Below, one piece after another: positions 11,701 to 24,750 of a stretch of 64,000 bases of DNA. Below the pieces are notes generated by a model. That model was not told the origin of the DNA, did no database searches, and saw nothing but the letters and a program-made list of their open reading frames with translations. Origin of the DNA: the human T2T-CHM13v2.0 reference genome, Homo sapiens; NCBI RefSeq assembly GCF_009914755.1, contig NC_060938.1; one strand, given 5' to 3'. Positions within the stretch are counted from its first letter, which is position 1. Every line of letters starts with the position of its first letter. Position numbers and translations under genes: made by a program.

Positions 11701-14700
11701 TCAACTCTATGAGTTGAATGCAAACATCACAAAGACGTTTCTGAGAATGCTTCTGTCTAGATTTGATATGAAGATATTCCCGTTTCCAACGAAATCTTCA
11801 AATCTATCCAAATGTCCACTTGCAGATTCAACAAAAAGTGTTTTTCAGAACTGCTCTATCAAAAGAAAGATCCACCTCTGTTAGCTGAGTTCACACATCA
11901 CAAACAAGTTTATGAGAATGCTTCTGTCTAGTTTTTATTTGAAGATATTTCCTTTCTCACCATAGAGCTGAAAGCTGTCCTAATGTTCACTTCCAGATAC
12001 TACAGAAAGAGTGTTTCAAAACTGCTGTACGAAAGGGAATGTTCAACTCTGTGACTTGAATGCACACATCACAAAGAAGTTTCTGAGGATGCTGCTGTCT
12101 ACTTTTTATACGTAATCCCGTTTCCAACGAAATCCTCCAAGCTATCCAAATATCCACTTGCAGATTCCACAGAAAGACTGTTTCAAAACTGCTCTGTCAA
12201 TAGAAAGGTTCAACTCTGTTAGCTGCATGCATATATCCCAAAGAAGATTCTGAGATTGCTTCTGTCTAGTTTTTATGGGAAGATATTTCCCTTTTCACCG
12301 TAGGCGTCAAGACGCTCCAAATGTCCACTTCCAGATACTACAAAAAGAGTGTTTCAAACCTACTCTGTGAAAGGGAATATTCAACTCTGTGACTTGAATG
12401 CACATATCACAAGGAAGTTTCTGAGAATGCTTCTGTCGAGATTTTATATGAAGATATTCCCGTTTCCAACGAAATCCTGAAATCTATCCAAATATCCCCT
12501 TGCAGATTCTACAAAAAGAGTGTTTCAAAACTGCTCTGTAAAAAGAAAGGTTCAACTCTGTTAGTTGAGTACACACATCACAAACAAGTTTCACACAATG
12601 CTTCTTTCTAGCTTGTAGGGGAAGATATTCCCTTTATCACCATGGGCCTCAAACCGTCCGATAAGTCCACTTCCATATACTACAAAAAGAGCGTTTCAAA
12701 CCTGCTCTATGAAAGGCAATGTTCAACTCTGTGACTTGAATGCAGACATCACAGAGCAGTTTCTGAGAATGCTTCTGTCTAGATTTTATAGGAAGATATT
12801 CCCGTTTCCAACGAAATCTTCACAGCTATCCAAATATCCACTTGCAGATTCTACAAAAAGAGTGTATCAAAACTGCTCTGTCAAAAGGAAGGTTCTTTTC
12901 TGTTAGGTGAGTGCATACGTCATAAAGGAGTTTCTGAGAATGTTTCTGTCTAGTGGTTATGGGAAGATATTTGCTTTTTCACCGTAGGCCTCAGAGCGCT
13001 CCAAATATCCACTTGCACATACTACAAAAAGAGTGCCTCAAAGCTGCTCTCTGAAACGGAATGTTCAACTCTATGAGTTGAATGCAAACATCGCAAAGAC
13101 GTTTCTGAGAATGCTTCTGTCTAGATTTGATATGAAGATATTCCCGTTTCCAACGAAATCTTCAAATCTATCCAAATGTCCACTTGCAGATTCAACAAAA
13201 AGTGTTTTTCAGAACTGCTCTATCAAAAGAAAGATCCACCTCTGTTAGCTGAGTTCACACATCACAAACAAGTTTATGAGAATGCTTCTGTCTAGTTTTT
13301 ATTTGAAGATATTTCCTTTCTCACCATAGAGCTGAAAGCTGTCCTAATGTTCACTTCCAGATACTACAGAAAGAGTGTTTCAAAACTGCTGTACGAAAGG
13401 GAATGTTCAACTATGTGACTTGAATGCACACATCACAAAGAAGTTTCTGAGGATGCTGCTGTCTACTTTTTATACGTAATCCCGTTTCCAACGAAATCCT
13501 CCAAGCTATCCAAATATCCACTTGCAGATTCCACAGAAAGACTGTTTCAAAACTGCTCTGTCAATAGAAAGGTTCAACTCTGTTAGCTGCGTGCATATAT
13601 CCCAAAGAAGATTCTGAGATTGCTTCTGTCTAGTTTTTATTGGAAGATATTTCCCTTTTCACCGTAGGCGTCAAGGCGCTCCAAATGTCCACTTCCAGAT
13701 ACTACAAAAAGAGTGTTTCAAACCTACTCTGTGAAAGGGAATATTCAACTCTGTGACTTGAATGCACATATCACAAAGAAGTTTCTGAGAATGCTTCTGT
13801 CGAGATTTTATATGAAGATATTCCCGTTTCCAACGAAATGCTGAAATCTATCCAAATATCCCCTCGCAGATTCTACAAAAAGAGTGTTTCAAAACTGCTC
13901 TGTGAAAAGAAAGGTTCAACTCTGTTAGTTGAGTACACACATCACAAACAAGTTTCACAGAATGCTTCTTTCTAGCTTGTAGGGGAAGATATTCCCTTTA
14001 TCACCATGGGCCTCCAACCGTCCGAAACATCCACTTCCATATACTACAAAAAGAGCGTTTCAAACCTGCTCTATGAAAGGCAATGTTCAACTCTGTGACT
14101 TGAATGCAGACATCACAGAGCAGTTTCTGAGAATGCTTCTGTCTAGATTTTATAGGAAGATATTCCCGTTTCCAACGAAATCTTCACAGCTATCCAAATA
14201 TCCACTTGCAGATTCTACAAAAAGAGTGTATCAAAACTGCTCTGTCAAAAGGAAGGTTCTTCTCTGTTAGGTGAGTGCATACGTCATAAAGGAGTTTCTG
14301 AGAATGTTTCTGTCTAGTGGTTATGGGAAGATATTTGCTTTTTCACCGTAGGCCTCAGAGCGCTCCAAATATCCACTTGCACATACTACAAAAAGAGTGC
14401 CTCAAAGCTGCTCTCTGAAACGGAATGTTCAAATCTATGAGTTGAATGCAAACATCGCAAAGACTTTTCTGAGAATGCTTCTGTCTAGATTTGATATGAA
14501 GATATTCCCGTTTCCAACGAAATCTTCAAATCTATCCAAATGTCCACTTGCAGATTCAACAAAAAGTGTTTTTCAGAACTGCTCTATCAAAAGAAAGATC
14601 CACCTCTGTTAGCTGAGTTCACACATCACAAACAAGTTTATGAGAATGCTTCTGTCTAGTTTTTATTTGAAGATATTTCCTTTCTCACCATAGAGCTGAA

Positions 14701-17700
14701 AGCTGTCCTAATGTTCACTTCCAGATACTACAGAAAGAGTGTTTCAAAACTGCTGTACGAAAGGGAATGTTCAACTCTGTGACTTGAATGCACACATCAC
14801 AAAGAAGTTTCTGAGGATGCTGCTGTCTACTTTTTATACGTAATCCCGTTTCCAACGAAATCCTCCAGGCTATCCAAATATCCACTTGCAGATTCCACAG
14901 AAAGACTGTTTCAAAACTGCTCTGTCAATAGAAAGGTTCAACTCTGTTAGCTGCGTGCATATATCCCAAAGAAGATTCTGAGATTGCTTCTGTCTAGTTT
15001 TTATGGGAAGATATTTCCCTTTTCACCGTAGGCGTCAAGGCGCTCCAAATGTCCACTTCCAGATACTACAAAAAGAGTGTTTCAAACCTACTCTGTGAAA
15101 GGGAATATTCAACTCTGTGACTTGAATGCACATATCACAAAGAAGTTTCTGAGAATGCTTCTGTCGAGATTTTATATGAAGATATTCCCGTTTCCAACGA
15201 AATGCTGAAATCTATCCAAATATCCCCTCGCAGATTCTACAAAAAGAGTGTTTCAAAACTGCTCTGTGAAAAGAAAGGTTCAACTCTGTTAGTTGAGTAC
15301 ACACATCACAAACAAGTTTCACAGAATGCTTCTTTCTAGCTTGTAGGGGAAGATATTCCCTTTATCACCATGGGCCTCCAACCGTCCGAAACATCCACTT
15401 CCATATACTACAAAAAGAGCGTTTCAAACCTGCTCTATGAAAGGCAATGTTCAACTCTGTGACTTGAATGCAGACATCACAGAGCAGTTTCTGAGAATGC
15501 TTCTGTCTAGATTTTATAGGAAGATATTCCCGTTTCCAACGAAATCTTCACAGCTATCCAAATATCCACTTGCAGATTCTACAAAAAGAGTGTATCAAAA
15601 CTGCTCTGTCAAAAGGAAGGTTCTTCTCTGTTAGGTGAGTGCATACGTCATAAAGGAGTTTCTGAGAATGTTTCTGTCTAGTGGTTATGGGAAGATATTT
15701 GCTTTTTCACCGTAGGCCTCAGAGCGCTCCAAATATCCACTTGCACATACTACAAAAAGAGTGCTTCAAAGCTGCTCTCTGAAACGGAATGTTCAACTCT
15801 ATGAGTTGAATGCAAACATCACAAAGACGTTTCTGAGAATGCTTCTGTCTAGATTTGATATGAAGATATTCCCGTTTCCAACGAAATCTTCAAATCTATC
15901 CAAATGTCCACTTGCAGATTCAACAAAAAGTGTTTTTCAGAACTGCTCTATCAAAAGAAAGATCCACCTCTGTTAGCTGAGTTCACACATCACAAACAAG
16001 TTTATGAGAATGCTTCTGTCTAGTTTTTATTTGAAGATATTTCCTTTCTCACCATAGAGCTGAAAGCTGTCCTAATGTTCACTTCCAGATACTACAGAAA
16101 GAGTGTTTCAAAACTGCTGTACGAAAGGGAATGTTCAACTCTGTGACTTGAATGCACACATCACAAAGAAGTTTCTGAGGATGCTGCTGTCTACTTTTTA
16201 TACGTAATCCCGTTTCCAACGAAATCCTCCAAGCTATCCAAATATCCACTTGCAGATTCCACAGAAAGACTGTTTCAAAACTGCTCTGTCAATAGAAAGG
16301 TTCAACTCTGTTAGCTGCATGCATATATCCCAAAGAAGATTCTGAGATTGCTTCTGTCTAGTTTTTATGGGAAGATATTTCCCTTTTCACCGTAGGCGTC
16401 AAGGCGCTCCAAATGTCCACTTACAGATACTACAAAAAGAGTGTTTCAAACCTACTCTGTGAAAGGGAATATTCAACTCTGTGACTTGAATGCACATATC
16501 ACAAGGAAGTTTCTGAGAATGCTTCTGTCGAGATTTTATATGAAGATATTCCCGTTTCCAACGAAATCCTGAAATGTATCCAAATATCCCCTTGCAGATT
16601 CTACAAAAAGAGTGTTTCAAAACTGCTCTGTAAAAAGAAAGGTTCAACTCTGTTAGTTGAGTACACACATCACAAACAAGTTTCACACAATGCTTCTTTC
16701 TAGCTTGTAGGGGAAGATATTCCCTTTATCACCATGGGCCTCAAACCGTCCGATAAGTCCACTTCCATATACTACAAAAAGAGCGTTTCAAACCTGCTCT
16801 ATGAAAGGCAATGTTCAACTCTGTGACTTGAATGCAGACATCACAGAGCAGTTTCTGAGAATGCTTCTGTCTAGATTTTATAGGAAGATATTCCCGTTTC
16901 CAACGAAATCTTCACAGCTTTCCAAATATCCACTTGCAGATTCTACAAAAAGAGTGTATCAAAACTGCTCTGTCAAAAGGAAGGTTCTTCTCTGTTAGGT
17001 GAGTGCATACGTCATAAAGGAGTTTCTGAGAATGTTTCTGTCTAGTGGTTATGGGAAGATATTTGCTTTTTCACCGTAGGCCTCAGAGCGCTCCAAATAT
17101 CCACTTGCACATACTACAAAAAGAGTGCTTCAAAGCTGCTCTCTGAAACGGAATGTTCAACTCTATGAGTTGAATGCAAACATCACAAAGACGTTTCTGA
17201 GAATGCTTCTGTCTAGATTTGATATGAAGATATTCCCGTTTCCAACGAAATCTTCAAATCTATCCAAATGTCCACTTGCAGATTCAACAAAAAGTGTTTT
17301 TCAGAACTGCTCTATCAAAAGAAAGATCCACCTCTGTTAGCTGAGTTCACACATCACAAACAAGTTTATGAGAATGCTTCTGTCTAGTTTTTATTTGAAG
17401 ATATTTCCTTTCTCACCATAGAGCTGAAAGCTGTCCTAATGTTCACTTCCAGATACTACAGAAAGAGTGTTTCAAAACTGCTGTACGAAAGGGAATGTTC
17501 AACTCTGTGACTTGAATGCACACATCACAAAGAAGTTTCTGAGGATGCTGCTGTCTACTTTTTATACGTAATCCCGTTTCCAACGAAATCCTCCAAGCTA
17601 TCCAAATATCCACTTGCAGATTCCACAGAAAGACTGTTTCAAAACTGCTCTGTCAATAGAAAGGTTCAACTCTGTTAGCTGCATGCATATATCCCAAAGA

Positions 17701-20700
17701 AGATTCTGAGATTGCTTCTGTCTAGTTTTTATGGGAAGATATTTCCCTTTTCACCGTAGGCGTCAAGGCGCTCCAAATGTCCACTTCCAGATACTACAAA
17801 AAGAGTGTTTCAAACCTACTCTGTGAAAGGGAATATTCAACTCTGTGACTTGAATGCACATATCACAAGGAAGTTTCTGAGAATGCTTCTGTCGAGATTT
17901 TATATGAAGATATTCCCGTTTCCAACGAAATCCTGAAATGTATCCAAATATCCCCTTGCAGATTCTACAAAAAGAGTGTTTCAAAACTGCTCTGTAAAAA
18001 GAAAGGTTCAACTCTGTTAGTTGAGTACACACATCACAAACAAGTTTCACACAATGCTTCTTTCTAGCTTGTAGGGGAAGATATTCCCTTTATCACCATG
18101 GGCCTCAAACCGTCCGATAAGTCCACTTCCATATACTACAAAAAGAGCGTTTCAAACCTGCTCTATGAAAGGCAATGTTCAACTCTGTGACTTGAATGCA
18201 GACATCACAGAGCAGTTTCTGAGAATGCTTCTGTCTAGATTTTATAGGAAGATATTCCCGTTTCCAACGAAATCTTCACAGCTATCCAAATATCCACTTG
18301 CAGATTCTACAAAAAGAGTGTATCAAAACTGCTCTGTCAAAAGGAAGGTTCTTCTCTGTTAGGTGAGTGCATACGTCATAAAGGAGTTTCTGAGAATGTT
18401 TCTGTCTAGTGGTTATGGGAAGATATTTGCTTTTTCACCGTAGGCCTCAGAGCGCTCCAAATATCCACTTGCACATACTACAAAAAGAGTGCCTCAAAGC
18501 TGCTCTCTGAAACGGAATGTTCAACTCTATGAGTTGAATGCAAACATCGCAAAGACGTTTCTGAGAATGCTTCTGTCTAGATTTGATATGAAGATATTCC
18601 CGTTTCCAACGAAATCTTCAAATCTATCCAAATGTCCACTTGCAGATTCAACAAAAAGTGTTTTTCAGAACTGCTCTATCAAAAGAAAGATCCACCTCTG
18701 TTAGCTGAGTTCACACATCACAAACAAGTTTATGAGAATGCTTCTGTCTAGTTTTTATTTGAAGATATTTCCTTTCTCACCATAGAGCTGAAAGCTGTCC
18801 TAATGTTCACTTCCAGATACTACAGAAAGAGTGTTTCAAAACTGCTGTACGAAAGGGAATGTTCAACTCTGTGACTTGAATGCACACATCACAAAGAAGT
18901 TTCTGAGGATGCTGCTGTCTACTTTTTATACGTAATCCCGTTTCCAACGAAATCCTCCAAGCTATCCAAATATCCACTTGCAGATTCCACAGAAAGACTG
19001 TTTCAAAACTGCTCTGTCAATAGAAAGGTTCAACTCTGTTAGCTGCGTGCATATATCCCAAAGAAGATTCTGAGATTGCTTCTGTCTAGTTTTTATGGGA
19101 AGATATTTCCCTTTTCACCGTAGGCGTCAAGGCGCTCCAAATGTCCACTTCCAGATACTACAAAAAGAGTGTTTCAAACCTACTCTGTGAAAGGGAATAT
19201 TCAACTCTGTGACTTGAATGCACATATCACAAAGAAGTTTCTGAGAATGCTTCTGTCGAGATTTTATATGAAGATATTCCCGTTTCCAACGAAATGCTGA
19301 AATCTATCCAAATATCCCCTCGCAGATTCTACAAAAAGAGTGTTTCAAAACTGCTCTGTGAAAAGAAAGGTTCAACTCTGTTAGTTGAGTACACACATCA
19401 CATACAAGTTTCACAGAATGCTTCTTTCTAGCTTGTAGGGGAAGATATTCCCTTTATCACCATGGGCCTCCAACCGTCCGAAACATCCACTTCCATATAC
19501 TACAAAAAGAGCGTTTCAAACCTGCTCTATGAAAGGCAATGTTCAACTCTGTGACTTGAATGCAGACATCACAGAGCAGTTTCTGAGAATGCTTCTGTCT
19601 AGATTTTATAGGAAGATATTCCCGTTTCCAACGAAATCTTCACAGCTATCCAAATATCCACTTGCAGATTCTACAAAAAGAGTGTATCAAAACTGCTCTG
19701 TCAAAAGGAAGGTTCTTCTCTGTTAGGTGAGTGCATACGTCATAAAGGAGTTTCTGAGAATGTTTCTGTCTAGTGGTTATGGGAAGATATTTGCTTTTTC
19801 ACCGTAGGCCTCAGAGCGCTCCAAATATCCACTTGCACATACTACAAAAAGAGTGCCTCAAAGCTGCTCTCTGAAACGGAATGTTCAACTCTATGAGTTG
19901 AATGCAAACATCGCAAAGACGTTTCTGAGAATGCTTCTGTCTAGATTTGATATGAAGATATTCCCGTTTCCAACGAAATCTTCAAATCTATCCAAATGTC
20001 CACTTGCAGATTCAACAAAAAGTGTTTTTCAGAACTGCTCTATCAAAAGAAAGATCCACCTCTGTTAGCTGAGTTCACACATCACAAACAAGTTTATGAG
20101 AATGCTTCTGTCTAGTTTTTATTTGAAGATATTTCCTTTCTCACCATAGAGCTGAAAGCTGTCCTAATGTTCACTTCCAGATACTACAGAAAGAGTGTTT
20201 CAAAACTGCTGTACGAAAGGGAATGTTCAACTATGTGACTTGAATGCACACATCACAAAGAAGTTTCTGAGGATGCTGCTGTCTACTTTTTATACGTAAT
20301 CCCGTTTCCAACGAAATCCTCCAAGCTATCCAAATATCCACTTGCAGATTCCACAGAAAGACTGTTTCAAAACTGCTCTGTCAATAGAAAGGTTCAACTC
20401 TGTTAGCTGCGTGCATATATCCCAAAGAAGATTCTGAGATTGCTTCTGTCTAGTTTTTATGGGAAGATATTTCCCTTTTCACCGTAGGCGTCAAGGCGCT
20501 CCAAATGTCCACTTCCAGATACTACAAAAAGAGTGTTTCAAACCTACTCTGTGAAAGGGAATATTCAACTCTGTGACTTGAATGCACATATCACAAAGAA
20601 GTTTCTGAGAATGCTTCTGTCGAGATTTTATATGAAGATATTCCCGTTTCCAACGAAATGCTGAAATCTATCCAAATATCCCCTCGCAGATTCTACAAAA

Positions 20701-23700
20701 AGAGTGTTTCAAAACTGCTCTGTGAAAAGAAAGGTTCAACTCTGTTAGTTGAGTACACACATCACATACAAGTTTCACAGAATGCTTCTTTCTAGCTTGT
20801 AGGGGAAGATATTCCCTTTATCACCATGGGCCTCCAACCGTCCGAAACATCCACTTCCATATACTACAAAAAGAGCGTTTCAAACCTGCTCTATGAAAGG
20901 CAATGTTCAACTCTGTGACTTGAATGCAGACATCACAGAGCAGTTTCTGAGAATGCTTCTGTCTAGATTTTATAGGAAGATATTCCCGTTTCCAACGAAA
21001 TCTTCACAGCTATCCAAATATCCACTTGCAGATTCTACAAAAAGAGTGTATCAAAACTGCTCTGTCAAAAGGAAGGTTCTTCTCTGTTAGGTGAGTGCAT
21101 ACGTCATAAAGGAGTTTCTGAGAATGTTTCTGTCTAGTGGTTATGGGAAGATATTTGCTTTTTCACCGTAGGCCTCAGAGCGCTCCAAATATCCACTTGC
21201 ACATACTACAAAAAGAGTGCTTCAAAGCTGCTCTCTGAAACGGAATGTTCAACTCTATGAGTTGAATGCAAACATCACAAAGACGTTTCTGAGAATGCTT
21301 CTGTCTAGATTTGATATGAAGATATTCCCGTTTCCAACGAAATCTTCAAATCTATCCAAATGTCCACTTGCAGATTCAACAAAAAGTGTTTTTCAGAACT
21401 GCTCTATCAAAAGAAAGATCCACCTCTGTTAGCTGAGTTCACACATCACAAACAAGTTTATGAGAATGCTTCTGTCTAGTTTTTATTTGAAGATATTTCC
21501 TTTCTCACCATAGAGCTGAAAGCTGTCCTAATGTTCACTTCCAGATACTACAGAAAGAGTGTTTCAAAACTGCTGTACGAAAGGGAATGTTCAACTCTGT
21601 GACTTGAATGCACACATCACAAAGAAGTTTCTGAGGATGCTGCTGTCTACTTTTTATACGTAATCCCGTTTCCAACGAAATCCTCCAAGCTATCCAAATA
21701 TCCACTTGCAGATTCCACAGAAAGACTGTTTCAAAACTGCTCTGTCAATAGAAAGGTTCAACTCTGTTAGCTGCATGCATATATCCCAAAGAAGATTCTG
21801 AGATTGCTTCTGTCTAGTTTTTATGGGAAGATATTTCCCTTTTCACCGTAGGCGTCAAGGCGCTCCAAATGTCCACTTCCAGATACTACAAAAAGAGTGT
21901 TTCAAACCTACTCTGTGAAAGGGAATATTCAACTCTGTGACTTGAATGCACATATCACAAGGAAGTTTCTGAGAATGCTTCTGTCGAGATTTTATATGAA
22001 GATATTCCCGTTTCCAACGAAATCCTGAAATCTATCCAAATATCCCCTTGCAGATTCTACAAAAAGAGTGTTTCAAAACTGCTCTGTAAAAAGAAAGGTT
22101 CAACTCTGTTAGTTGAGTACACACATCACAAACAAGTTTCACACAATGCTTCTTTCTAGCTTGTAGGGGAAGATATTCCCTTTATCACCATGGGCCTCAA
22201 ACCGTCCGATAAGTCCACTTCCATATACTACAAAAAGAGCGTTTCAAACCTGCTCTATGAAAGGCAATGTTCAACTCTGTGACTTGAATGCAGACATCAC
22301 AGAGCAGTTTCTGAGAATGCTTCTGTCTAGATTTTATAGGAAGATATTCCCGTTTCCAACGAAATCTTCACAGCTATCCAAATATCCACTTGCAGATTCT
22401 ACAAAAAGAGTGTATCAAAACTGCTCTGTCAAAAGGAAGGTTCTTCTCTGTTAGGTGAGTGCATACGTCATAAAGGAGTTTCTGAGAATGTTTCTGTCTA
22501 GTGGTTATGGGAAGATATTTGCTTTTTCACCGTAGGCCTCAGAGCGCTCCAAATATCCACTTGCACATACTACAAAAAGAGTGCCTCAAAGCTGCTCTCT
22601 GAAACGGAATGTTCAACTCTATGAGTTGAATGCAAACATCGCAAAGACGTTTCTGAGAATGCTTCTGTCTAGATTTGATATGAAGATATTCCCGTTTCCA
22701 ACGAAATCTTCAAATCTATCCAAATGTCCACTTGCAGATTCAACAAAAAGTGTTTTTCAGAACTGCTCTATCAAAAGAAAGATCCACCTCTGTTAGCTGA
22801 GTTCACACATCACAAACAAGTTTATGAGAATGCTTCTGTCTAGTTTTTATTTGAAGATATTTCCTTTCTCACCATAGAGCTGAAAGCTGTCCTAATGTTC
22901 ACTTCCAGATACTACAGAAAGAGTGTTTCAAAACTGCTGTACGAAAGGGAATGTTCAACTATGTGACTTGAATGCACACATCACAAAGAAGTTTCTGAGG
23001 ATGCTGCTGTCTACTTTTTATACGTAATCCCGTTTCCAACGAAATCCTCCAAGCTATCCAAATATCCACTTGCAGATTCCACAGAAAGACTGTTTCAAAA
23101 CTGCTCTGTCAATAGAAAGGTTCAACTCTGTTAGCTGCGTGCATATATCCCAAAGAAGATTCTGAGATTGCTTCTGTCTAGTTTTTATGGGAAGATATTT
23201 CCCTTTTCACCGTAGGCGTCAAGGCGCTCCAAATGTCCACTTCCAGATACTACAAAAAGAGTGTTTCAAACCTACTCCGTGAAAGGGAATATTCAACTCT
23301 GTGATTTGAATGCACATATCACAAAGAAGTTTCTGAGAATGCTTCTGTCGAGATTTTATATGAAGATATTCCCGTTTCCAACGAAATGCTGAAATCTGTC
23401 CAAATATCCCCTCGCAGATTCTACAAAAAGAGTGTTTCAAAACTGCTCTGTGAAAAGAAAGGTTCAACTCTGTTAGTTGAGTACACACATCACAAACAAG
23501 TTTCACAGAATGCTTCTTTCTAGCTTGTAGGGGAAGATATTCCCTTTATCACCATGGGCCTCCAACCGTCCGAAACATCCACTTCCATATACCACAAAAA
23601 GAGCGTTTCAAACCTGCTCTATGAAAGGCAATGTTCAACTCTGTGACTTGAATGCAGACATCACAGAGCAGTTTCTGAGAATGCTTCTGTCTAGATTTTA

Positions 23701-24733
23701 TAGGAAGATATTCCCGTTTCCAACGAAATCTTCACAGCTATCCAAATATCCACTTGCAGATTCTACAAAAAGAGTGTATCAAAACTGCTCTGTCAAAAGG
23801 AAGGTTCTTCTCTGTTAGGTGAGTGCATACGTCATAAAGGAGTTTCTGAGAATGTTTCTGTCTAGTGGTTATGGGAAGATATTTGCTTTTTCACCGTAGG
23901 CCTCAGAGCGCTCCAAATATCCACTTGCACATACTACAAAAAGAGTGCTTCAAAGCTGCTCTCTGAAACGGAATGTTCAACTCTATGAGTTGAATGCAAA
24001 CATCACAAAGACGTTTCTGAGAATGCTTCTGTCTAGATTTGATATGAAGATATTCCCGTTTCCAACGAAATCTTCAAATCTATCCAAATGTCCACTTGCA
24101 GATTCAACAAAAAGTGTTTTTCAGAACTGCTCTATCAAAAGAAAGATCCACCTCTGTTAGCTGAGTTCACACATCACAAACAACTTTATGAGAATGCTTC
24201 TGTCTAGTTTTTATTTGAAGATATTTCCTTTCTCACCATAGAGCTGAAAGCTGTCCTAATGTTCACTTCCAGATACTACAGAAAGAGTGTTTCAAAACTG
24301 CTGTACGAAAGGGAATGTTCAACTCTGTGACTTGAATGCACACATCACAAAGAAGTTTCTGAGGATGCTGCTGTCTACTTTTTATACGTAATCCCGTTTC
24401 CAACGAAATCCTCCAAGCTATCCAAATATCCACTTGCAGATTCCACAGAAAGACTGTTTCAAAACTGCTCTGTCAATAGAAAGGCTCAACTCTGTTAGCT
24501 GCATGCATATATCCCAAAGAAGATTCTGAGATTGCTTCTGTCTAGTTTTTATGGGAAGATATTTCCCTTTTCACCGTAGGCGTCAAGGCGCTCCAAATGT
24601 CCACTTCCAGATACTACAAAAAGAGTGTTTCAAACCTACTCTGTGAAAGGGAATATTCAACTCTGTGACTTGAATGCACATATCACAAGGAAGTTTCTGA
24701 GAATGCTTCTGTCGAGATTTTATATGAAGATAT

Positions 24734-24750
24734 TCCCGTTTCCAACGACA
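24734..24750 (-). promoter_or_regulatory. CENP-B box with a mutated core base
   Basis: TCCCGTTTCCAACGACA (A>C at 24749) changes TTCG to GTCG on the box strand. Confidence 0.85.
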
